From assembly GCA_051294905.1 (NCBI GenBank), contig CM119371.1, positions 13,456,001 through 13,520,000 on the forward strand: DNA of 64,000 nucleotides, written 5' to 3'. Of the stretch, positions 36,066 through 48,000 are shown in pieces; the stretch's first letter is position 1, and the number at the start of each line of letters is the position of its first letter. Position numbers and translations under genes: made by a program. The notes under the pieces are model-generated. The model was not told the DNA's origin and ran no database searches. It was given only the letters and a program-made list of their open reading frames with translations. Origin of the DNA: Botryllus schlosseri (taxonomy: Eukaryota).

Positions 36066-39000
36066 CTGGAATATAATAGAGATAAATAGGTGTGTAGCAA
36101 AATTGTAACCAAGTCACAAGGCAGGGTAATGACTCGAGTCCCTATTTTTTGACGACTTGACTTGACTACAGTCATTTTCTTGAAAATGAAAAATAAATCG
36201 ACTTGGCTTAAGTCAATTTGTGTCTTGACTTGTACTCGAGTCATGTGACTTGATCCGAATCAAGTCACATGACTCGAGACTTGGTCTACCAAGAAAATCA
36301 TTTCATTGTAATTTCGAGGAATAGAACAGTTATCACTAGGGCGTTTTTTTTTTTGACATGTCACAAAAAAAGTCAAAATTGTAGAGTTAGGTCAAAAGTT
36401 GACACTTTTTTGCAACATGCATTTCGTTTGTATCGCAGATTTTGAACTTCTATTTTATAGGCCTACCGTTGTAGACGGCCTGCCCGTTGTGATCATAAAC
36501 ATTCAAATGAAACAAATAGGTTGACATGGTGTTATGCTTAAAGTACCGCAATATCCTAACTGAAGCAAGACTGCGTGGGCATTGTATGGTTCTTATATCA
36601 AGAAGCGCATGATGAAAAATTGTGATGTAGACACCATTGCCAGAATGAAGAAACACGGTTTGTCACCAGCAGTGTACGCATGCACAACTTCAGTGAGTCA
36701 GCCGTTCTTTCTCCACATTCTCGGCAAGCTAATTAGTAAGGACAGACACTTTCTACCCGAGAAATGTAGGAATGCATCTTTCGTTGTACTACAATTTTTT
36801 AAACTATTGCTACCATAATGCGTGATGCAGCCTAACTACTGGAATTCTTCATAGGGCCACATTTCGTTAAAATAAAAGTTTTTTTTCAGGTAAAAATTTG
36901 TCAGTTAATGAGGCAAAAAGTATTTCATCAGGCCAAGCTACTTCGTAAGGTTAGTCAGTTCCAACCAGAAATGAAGACAAGTAGTACAATTCTAACATTA
37001 TGTGGGAAACACCTAATTTGCATACGTTAGGTCAAATTTGGTCAAAATTAAGATTGAGGCGAAAAATCTCAAAAATTTTATTTTTTAGGTCACAATTTTC
37101 CGTTTATTAGGTAAACAAAAATCGCCCTAGTTATCACACTAATATCATTTCGTCTACCAGGACTGATACTTGAAAATGCTACCAGAAACAGTTAAAAGTG
37201 AGGAGAATAAGTATATTATGAATACGAAGCATTCGATATCACCTTGTAGAGTCGTAAAAAGTGGGTTTCCTCGGAACAGAACAGCAAACACAATGACTTG
37301 ACTCGAAGTCGACCCCCTACTCACCGACTCGGTGGTGAATTGAAAATGACTCGACTCAACTCAAGTCAAAAGCATAAAAGTGAGATTGATTTGTGACTCT
37401 GAACCTGGCGACTTCGTTACAACCCTGGCACAAGGTTCACAAGTTTATTGTATTTTTATTGTTCAATTTTTTTTTTTTTTTTTTTGACGAAGTCAAGTTA
37501 AGTCATTTTCAATTAACCGCCAACTCTATGTCAATATTAAACGATTCGAGTCCGAGTCGCAGTGTTGTGACTCGAGTCAAAGTCATCATGTTCAGTTTTC
37601 AGTTCAATCTGGTTCAACGCCGTTTTTCAACTCTGCTCGAGTGATAGAGAATGTCTCTCATCCATAATATAGACATTTAACTCAGTCTTGAAGGGGCACT
37701 GCACTCTAAAAATGCTGTGGTCTCAAATTGAAGGGCAGAACGAAATAAAAATTTTGGCCGCAACCGTTACTTCAGAACGCCACCATAATGGAGCTGCAAT
37801 TTATTGAAATTTCGATAGCAAGATAACGCTCCAGCAGTCACGCAGAGATTAAACTTTATATAGTTGTCGGCCGATGCTACGAAGGAAATATATCGTACAC
37901 GCCCTATGTCCTAGGGAAATAGAATACACTTGGCCCAATTTTGACATAAATCTTCTGACTGAACATCTTCCGTTGAACGCGGTATCTAAACCATCTTGGC
38001 GACATATTTCCTTCATAACATCAGCTGACAACGATATAAAGTTTGATCTCTGCGTGACTGCTGGAGCGTTATATTGCTATCGAAATTTCAGTAAATTGCA
38101 GCTCCATTATGGTGGCGTTCTGAAGAAAACCGCTGCGGACAAAATTTTCATTTCGTTTTGTCCTTCAATTTGAGACCACATCATTTTTTGAGTGCAGTCC
38201 CCCTTTAAAACAGAGTCTGGCCTTATTTTTCTAGCATCACGACTGATAGACGAAATACCAATTATGTGGTAACTCACTATTCTTCGAAGTTACAATGAAA
38301 TGTCTGTCTTGGTAGTCCTAGTCTCGAGTCAATACAAAAATTGACGCGCGTGGAGACATTTTCCGCATTTGAAAAAATGACTTGAGTCAAGTCGAGTCAC
38401 CAAAATTTCGCGACTCGAGTCATTACAGCCCTGGTACTATTTCTAGCTGCAGTTTTGCATATTCGAAATCCCATTAGTTTGTACCAGTCTGGGTTCAACC
38501 GTAGATAGCTGACCAACAGATAGATGTAGGCTCCAACTCCCATCGTCATGCTTGCATACCGAGAGGTCTGCTGCTAAGCAATTGAAAAGCAGCATGATTA
38601 ATAGTCCTCCAGCTGGCTACCCGAGCACTAAAACTTAGTAAAACTAGTCTTGATCGAAAGTTAACATCGCACTGATATCGAAAATACAGATTAAAGTCTT
38701 GTCAGGGTAATGGAATCACCCCGAAATAGCCCTTAAAGTATGAAAATCGGTATTGCGCCAAACAATCGCTCGATGCAATTGTTCATTGTTATGGTCATGA
38801 TGCTGGAGTTTCCCGTGTTTCGGAACAATGCCAATAATGAGACTTTGAGGGCTATTTCGGAGTAGTGCCATTGCCCTGACTGAATTCCAGGGTTGTAATG
38901 ACTCTCAAAATACCGAAATGACTCGACTGAAGTCCAAGTTGAGTCATTGCGCACGACTCAAATCAAGTCATACGACTCGAATCTCAGAAGACCAAGACCG

Positions 39001-42000
39001 ATATTTAATTGTAATTTCGAAGAATAGAGAAGTAATCACACTGTTGGTGTTTTGTCTATCGGTCGTGATGCTAGAAAAATAAGGCCAGACTCTGTTTTAA
39101 AGGGGGACTGCACTCAAAAAATGATGTGGTCTCAAATTGAAGGACAAAACAAACCTATCGGTACTGTTACTTGAAAATGCGACCAGAAACTGTTGAAAGT
39201 GAGGAAAATTAGTACATTTGAAATCCGAACCATTCGGTGTCACTAAACCGAGTTATAAAAAGTGGATTAACAAGACTTTAAAGGGGCACTGCGCTCTAAA
39301 TATGATGTGATCTCAAATTGAGGTGCAAAAAAAAAATTGGCCGCAGCCATTTTCTTCAGAACGCCACCATATTGGAGCTGCAATTCATTGAAATTTCCAC
39401 AGGACCATCACACTCCAGCAGTCAAGCACAGATCGAACTTTATATCGCTGTCAGCCGATGTTATGAAGGAAATATGTCGTGCACGCCAAGGTGGTTTAGA
39501 TACCGCGTTCAACGGAAGATGTCCAGTAGGGCTCTTCAAAAATGAATACACTCTTCTTTCTTAAAGAAATAGAATACACTAGGCCTGATTTTGACATAAA
39601 TCTCCTGAGCATCTTCCGTCGAACGCGGTATCTAAACAACCTTGACGTGCACAACATATTTCCTTCATAACATCGGCTGACAGCGATATAAAGTTCGATC
39701 TCTGCTTGACTGCTGGAGTATGATGGTCCTGTGGAAATTTCAATGAATTGCAGCTCCAATACGGTGGCGTTCTGAAGGAAATGGTTGGGGCCAATTTTTT
39801 TTTTGCACCTCAATTTGAGACCACTTCATTTTTAGAGTGCAGTGCCCCTTTAACCTGAAAATGAGCATTCAACAGAATGGCTTGGTATTCGGGTCATAAT
39901 ACCATGACCCGAGTCAAAACCATAAAATTAAGATTGACTTGTGACTTGGAGCTTTGTGAATTGGTTGCAGCTCTGCGCATAGATTCTAATTCGTATTTTC
40001 GGAATCACAGTGACACTAGCTTTCGATCAAGATTACTTTTATTAAATTTTAGCTCGGATCGCCAGCTATAGGACTACCAATTTATGCTTCTTTGAGATCA
40101 GTCAGCAGTAAACCACTGGGTATTCAAGCGTGGCGACGGCAGTAGCGCATCTATCAGGAGGTTAGTAATATATACTATACACAGCAAAAGTTACTCCGAG
40201 AGACAAAATTACCTGCATATGGAGCCCGACAACTTTCTCGCCAGGCAGAGAGCAAACCAGCTTCATGAGGCAACGCGTCTTTCTTTCGGTCATCTGATGG
40301 TACATGGGCAGGAAATTGGTTTTGTAGATCTGATAAATCAATAATAACGGCATTGAAAAAGTGCCAAGTCACATTCGAACATACAATAAAGTAGGTTGCT
40401 AGCCAGTGGGTCGTTGTGCTATGTCAAACCAATGATGTCACTAGGCCAGTGCTTTTCAACCTGTGTGACGGTTCGCACTGGTGCGAATGAAAAAAATTGC
40501 AGTGCGAATGACGAGCATGGTGCGAACGGTGCGAATGAAAATTCCGGATGAGTGCGAATGACGAAGATGGTGCGAACGGTGCGAATGAAAATCCCGGATG
40601 AGTGCGAATGGAAATCGTTAATAATAATAATTGTTAATTTTTCTGACCCGGAATAATTCAAATAAACCTTATAGGAAATTCAAGGGCAGTGTAACTTTTG
40701 TTGTTGCATGCGACGCAATTGTAAAAACTTGTTCAACTTACAACGCACGACTAGTCGTAGCTCTCACAAGCCGTAGTGAATTAATATTTTCGAACTGTAA
40801 TTATTAAGTAATCAAAAGCCTGGTTTGGAAGCTGCATGGTGTAGTGGCGGATATACCGTACCGTATATCAGCACGTCTGAGCCTTCGACAGGCTGGGAAA
40901 ATGACGTTAAATTGACTTTCTGCTTACTTTCGCTAAAAAATCATCATACTTCCGTAATACCTGTTCGATTAGTGCGAGGTAATGATAGTAGTAAATGCCC
41001 TCATTACAGACTCCCATTTGCAGGTTACTGTAACGCAAGTTTTACCCCTTTAATGGTTATTGAAGTATGGACTGCAAAAGGTATAATTTTGGCTCGACAT
41101 TCGACACAGTGCCAGAGCTAATATGTATGTAATATTTGTTTAATTTATGCAAAAATTCTGCTATAGTTTTTACAAATCCAAGGTCACGGTGTTGGGTACT
41201 GGAGCGAATAAGCGAGATACGCAGAAAATATGGTTTTATCATGAGAATTCATGATAACATTTGCCCGACTGGTTTTTCTGGAAAACATGGTCGAATACCG
41301 TTGGGATGAACTACTGTAGGGACTATGGATGTGCAACGAGCGAGTTCAGGTCTATGAGACTCGTTCATTTCGAGGGCAACCCCTTCTGCGTCGGGTCACA
41401 TGACGACGGAAAGTTTTGGTCATCAAACGGCTGCTAAAGTGCGGTGCCAAAACATAATCGTCGACAAAACCTTGGCCAAAAAATGACCGATACTGCATAG
41501 ATGGCCAAACCATTTGATATGGATATGCTCCATTGTCGGCACGGAATAGTCCCGTTCTTGCAACTTGAGTAGAGCAGGGCTGTCAAAATCAACTGACGTC
41601 GCGGACGGAATTCAACACTTCAGATCGCTCGCGTGCCGCACCTAAATTCGCCATTCCCAAAATACCTCAAAATCCATCCCTTATTTTTCATTTGAATACT
41701 CCATTAACCAGCGTATATACACAATAGTGTTTTATATTATATTACGGATCATAGGGGTTCTATTCTATAGCTGCACCTTTAATTCGCAAACAGTGGAATT
41801 GGCAATATTATGATGATTGGCGGATGAGTGAAGTTATAAGCCTATAAAGCAGTATGGCTCTAACGATTGTTTAAGTTGGCATATTTCTATGCTCCCTTCG
41901 CTTTAGTGATATATTGGCATCAACCCTGCAAATGCGTTGTGAGGAATGGAAACACGGACGTTGGAATTTGTTTCATAGTATTATATCGCGAATCGAGTTT

Positions 42001-45000
42001 CCTAGAGTCTGGAGACCTCTAATAAATATATTTTTCATGTAACTTGCATATCAGGATTCTTGGCGTTTTCCCATCTGCGAATAACTAGTCTTTGGTCAGT
42101 GAAATGAGTTCGCAATTTCTTGCCTTCTCCGAATTGGGTGTCAATGTCAGCGAACTGGTGATAATGGTGACTAGAAACCACAAAACCATAGTCTGGTGGT
42201 TATATTGTTACCTGTAAACATGCTCGACATGTGCTATCTTGAAGGACCATTTCATGGAGATATTTCCTACTAAAAATCTCAACATATTTTAGAAATGTTC
42301 TGGATATGACATGCATCTTTCAATCTATACTCAGAATTGCTTCGCGGGCCGGATGAAATCTCCTGGCGGGCCGTATGTTTGACACCCCTGGAGTAGACAG
42401 TAGTACAACTGCCACACGCAAAGGAATTTAATTCACCCTAATTTGAAATCGCGTGCGTCAGACATATTTTGTAGAGCTGTGTTGGATAGAATTGTGGTGT
42501 GAGCGTTCTGTTTGTCATACATGTCCGTTAAATAGTAGCATACAACTGTAATATTAAAAATGAATTCCTTTACATGGGTGAGGATCGGGTCGCGAGGTGC
42601 CACAAAAACTCAAATTTTGGTGGCAGTCTAAAATCTGCTTTAACGTTATTAAATTGTCATGAATTCTCAAGTTTGATTGAGCTAAAGAGCAGAACACTCA
42701 GTATCGTGAGTTTATTTGCTCTCACCACATACTCGCGAGACAGAAAATGGGAAATCGAAAAAAATGTGGAAGCAATGTTTCATAAGGTAGCGAGCTCTGA
42801 TGTCCCTACTCTCCTTGATCATTTGGACCTTATTCCCCAAGTTATAAGGCACAAGCAGGTGGGTTTTTCACACTTTCGACATACTGGAGCCTCCTAGACC
42901 TTTTTGTCAGCTCTCAAAATCGATTTTTCTCCAGCAAGCATTTTTCACTATTGAAAAATACGCTGTATGTTGGATAGGAGTGCAGAACATACTTCAAGAA
43001 CTGGCCATCAAAGCACTTGTAGAAGGGTTTAGTGAAATAGTTGAAATCAAAACGAGCGAAATTAGTAGCCTTTTTATTGTTTTTAATGAGACACTTAATA
43101 GCTTAAGATACACAGTAGCCAATTTGTTGCACATCTGAGCAAATAAATGTTGTCTTTTCATCTTATTTTTGTATAACAATATTCGGTTAGTTTGTGCGAA
43201 TGAAATTTATTTTACAAAAAAAGTGCGAATGAAGCTGAAAAAGGTTGAAAAGCACTGCACTAGGCTATACAGCTCCAAACACGGTTGTAATGACTCGACT
43301 TCAGTCAATTTGTGTATGGACTCGACTTGTACTCGAGTCACTGTGCACGACTCAAACCAAGTCATATGACTCGAGACTAGAACGGCCAAGACAGACAGTC
43401 ATTGTAACTTCGAAGAACAGTAAAGTCACCAAATCATTCGTATTTCGTCCATCAGTCCTGATACTTGGAAAATAGGGGACTGAGGGAAACTACGATATTA
43501 TGAATGCGAGCCATTCTATATCACTGGAACACATTTGAAAATAGTGGGTTGAACCGGATTGAACTCAAAACTAAATAGTGAGTACAATGACTTGGACTTG
43601 AGTCGCAACACTATGACTCGGACTCGACACTTCACCGACGTGGACTCGGTGATGAATTGAAAATGAATCGACTTGACTAGAGTCAAAACTATGAACTATG
43701 ATTGACTTGTGACCCGGAAACTTGTGACTTGGTCACAACTCTCTATAGCAATGTTCACAACACATAACGATAACCAAGGCCACATTATGCCACAACACCG
43801 AACTGACTTTTCAAACATCACCGAATGTATCAACTGGAACAATCAAATCCTATAATAACACAGGTCAACAAATCTCAAAATTATAGTAGGTGGGTGACAT
43901 AAAACTGATTGAATTAATGCCACGTGATTTGAGTATCTAGGTCAGTGGTTTCCAACCTTTTTCGACCCATCGCATCCTTTTCAAGCTCAACACCGATCCT
44001 CGCCCCCCAAATTTTGTGTACAGAAAATTGGGCATACAAACTATAATCACCGGCGGGTTGACTAAAAAAAAAAAGGTCAACTTTCCGGCTCGAAGCCTAA
44101 TTTGACACTTTTGTAACCAAGTTTCGGTGGGTTGACTAAAAAGAAAAAAAGGTCAGCTGTTTTGCCGCGTCAGCGCCCCCCTATCGCCCCCTTCGCTATT
44201 TTCGCCCCCTTTGTCCATTTTTGCCCCCCCTATCGCCCCCCTAGACCGCCAAATCACCCCCTGGGGGGCGATATCGCCCACGTTGGGAACCACTGATCTA
44301 GGTAAATACTTATATACATGACTGCAGTATATTTATGTGCATGATATCTGTGAAAGTCTGTAACTATCATAAATCTGTTACCCCTGAGTATAGTGCTGTT
44401 ACTGTATTTTGATTTTTAAAAGAGTCTTCTGTGTGTAAAAATAACAAGTAGATTGGATTTTTAAACTTTATAGTACGACTAAACCGATTTTCTATCTAGT
44501 CATTACCGCGAAAATGGGAGATTTGGGGAAAAATAGCCCCATGGGTTATCTCCACAACAAGAGCCAATTTGAAAAAAACTAAGGTCATATTCAGAATCAG
44601 TGCTCTTGAGAACCCCCAAAACCGCTCTTACTTTGTTTGCCTGAAAATATGTGTTGACCAGTGTAATCCCACGAATTTAATATCTTCCAACATTTTGCCA
44701 ACAATTTCAACAAGGACTTGCAAGGGAATATAAGCTTACGCCTTACCGTTCTAGGCTAGACCGGTAAATGTATTCGGCGTCTGACTATTGCTAAATTGAT
44801 ATTGATCAGGATGTAACACTGGTTTCCATACTGGCTATCTATCACTTGCTATACATATCATCCAAATGGATCCCGTACGCCTGCTAGATGTTTTACATCA
44901 GAATAAAATTTGAATAAAATAGTATTGACAGTGGCTAACTCTTTAATCATTCAATATAAAATCTCGGAATTAGAAACATTTCTACTGCAATAACCTCACT

Positions 45001-48000
45001 TCTAGCGGTTAGAATTGAGCCAAATTTGGTGTGCATTATCTTTACTGACAGCTTAACAGTATTATGGGTGAGAGAAAAAATTTGAAATTCTATTTTTAAT
45101 ATGATCTTCAAAATTTTCCACTGCAAAGAATCTCGCTTCTACTGGTTGGAATTGAGCCAAATTTATTGTGCAGCGTTGTTTTAGCCAACCTAATAATTTT
45201 ATCAAGTAGCAAGTGAAATTCAAAAAATAAAATTGATTTTGAACAGACCTAGTACGCACACAGAAAGGGAACCTCGCGTTCATACTATCCCTAATAAATA
45301 AGTCTCGAAATTTGACTAGCATCGGAACAATTCCCACGTAGTCTTCTGGATCTTACCAAATCCGAGAGAATCACCCACCTTCACGTTATCGTCGCCGAAT
45401 TTTTTCCTGGCTTCCGCCTCCGTCAAACCGACCGTGCCGATAGGAGGGTGGCTAAACACCACTGTAGGAATGTCGTCGTAACTCAGCTTCAAATCAGTCT
45501 GCCCGTCGAACAGTCTGTGGAAAGATGAAGTGAATGAAAAACATGCAATTTCCTTTGAGATTTTCAGGGTTGTGTCTGGCTAATTCCATTATAATTTAGC
45601 AATTCTAATTCTTGCTGTACAATTAGACTAATTAGACTAATTAGAACGAAATGCCGATAATGTAATCACTAGGGCAATTTTTTTACCTAAAAGACAGAAG
45701 ATTTTGACCTAAAAAAATCAAAATTTTGACGATTTTTTGTTCTTCAAAAACTAAATTTCACCAAATTTTGACCTAACGTATGCAAATTAAGTGTTTTCCC
45801 ACATAATGTTAGAATTGTAGCCTACTTATCTTCATTTCTGGTTCGAACTGTCTGTATTTATGAAGTAGTTTGGCCGGAAAAACTTTTTTCACTCAAAAAC
45901 TGACAAATTTTTACATGAAAAAACTTTAATTTTAACGAAATCTGGCCCTATGAAGAATTCAAGTAGTTGCATAACGTATTATTGTAGAAATAATTAAAAT
46001 TTATTGTAGTACAACAAAAGATACTTTCCTACATCCGCGGGTAGTATGTCTGTCCTTACTAAGTAGCTTGCCAAGAATGGAGAAAGAACGTACAATAGCA
46101 GCAGTTGTTGGCTGACATCACTGAAGTTATGGGTACACTACTGGTGACACCGTATTTTTTCATACTGACAACAGTGTCTACATCACAATTTTTCATAATG
46201 CGCTTCTTGACATAGGCATGCAATGCCCACGCAGTCTTGCTTCAGTTAGGGAATTGCGGTACGCTGAGCATAGCACCATGTCAACCTATTTGTTTCATTT
46301 GAATGTTTATGATTCACAATGAGCAGACAATGGGCCGTCTACAACTGTAGGCCTATAAAGTAGGCTACAAGCTGCAAAATGCCAAATGATAAGTTCACCG
46401 ACAGTGCCAAATGTACGATACAAACGAAATGCAGGTTGCAAAAACACTTTGACTGAGTAACAAAATTTGACATTTTTTGACTTAACGCTACAATTTTGAC
46501 AAAATTTAGTAATCACCATCTATTATCTGGTTTCCATGAAAATGCTAAAAGAGAATGCGCAACCAGCCAAGCTTGGTGTACGTATGCCATTTTCACGCTT
46601 ACAAGAACGAATGCTGATTTCATGCAAATTAAACTTGACTTTGGTTGTATGTCTGTGCGAGGCAGAATCAAATCAATTTCCAGGTTATTGTGAACCAGGT
46701 TATTGCGAATTCAGTGAGTGTAATTTCAATCAAATTACAAAAAAAAACTGTAGCTTTATAATTCTAATGCTAATAATTCCAATTTAAATTGGAAGAGCTG
46801 AACATTTTCTAGTTATCCCACTCTGCCCATACCTAGTCTAGACCAGTGGCTTTTAACTGCCGGTCCATTAGGGTGGAGTGAAAAATAGAAAATGTCCAGA
46901 TATTTGGTGCCAAATAGCAAATAAATAAATTCCTATCATAATTTCGGGTTCGTACACCTTCGTACCTGAGTGATTCGATCATGCGGTCAAAAGATGTCAA
47001 AATTCTGATTATTTGAGGTAAAAAAATCGCCTTACTGATAACCTTGGATATATTCGGCCGATCTTCAAAAGACATGAGACTACCGCTGTATGTGAATTTA
47101 CCTATGAGCCAGTTTCCGTCCAGCGGCAATGGCAACGGGGGTGAGAAGGGCTTTCCCCTGCACGTCACCCACAGAGTACACGCCCGATACGTTTGTGTTC
47201 TGGTAGTCGTCCACTTTGACATTCTGGTGCGCGTCGAGCTCAACGCCGACCTTGTCAAGGCCTGAAAGCGATAATTTAAAATCAATGAAACGGAGTGGTA
47301 TAGAGCAGTCTGAAAAATGAAGCTATTTATAGATTAAGGATGTTATGAAGCAGACTGTTTTATGTTATCATGATGCAGTGGTTCTCAAACTGGGGGCGTG
47401 AAAGCGTCTGAAGGGGGGCGCGAGGCTGCGATTTACTCCAGTATTAGTTATTGCTCTGTGTATAGTCCTAATTTCATATTCTCCCATCAACAGTCACAGC
47501 CTTCCATGCCAGCAAACTATCCGTTGGTATTGCTAGCATTCCGGTTTCATAATTTGTGATACGATGATACGGGGGCCGTATCTAAATAAGTTTGAGAGCC
47601 ACTGTCCTGATATATTCAAAGACAATGTGTGACAACCAGAGGTCAGTAACAGAGGAAATAATCAAAGAATTGCGAGGTTGCCAACTCTGCATTTTATCAA
47701 CTGGCTAATTCTTGATGCATTAAAGTCCAATTTGAACCAATTTTATATCGACCATGCACCTTCAAAGTGTACTTTTTCTTATTTTTTATTTTGGTAAAAC
47801 AGAATGCCACATGTATTTTTTTATTTTAAAAACCGGCCCTCTCCCCGATTCTTTTCCCAGGTAAACATTTTAGTCAAGAGCGAAACAGTCACTGTGAAAA
47901 CATCACTGTAGCGCAGAATATTTATTTCAAACGTTTCCCCCATGCGGCGCCACCAAGTGACAAGAAAATCTCAAAATGCATCAACTTTGGAACCTCTGAA

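Noticed and set aside
44170..44280. G-quadruplex-forming tract in GSR intron 6
   Set aside because: Explained as subterminal CGCCCCCC repeats of the TSD-flanked MITE at 43943-44295; no evidence of function.
46833..47285. 150-aa minus-strand ORF
   Set aside because: Wrong frame over GSR exon 5, running into intron.
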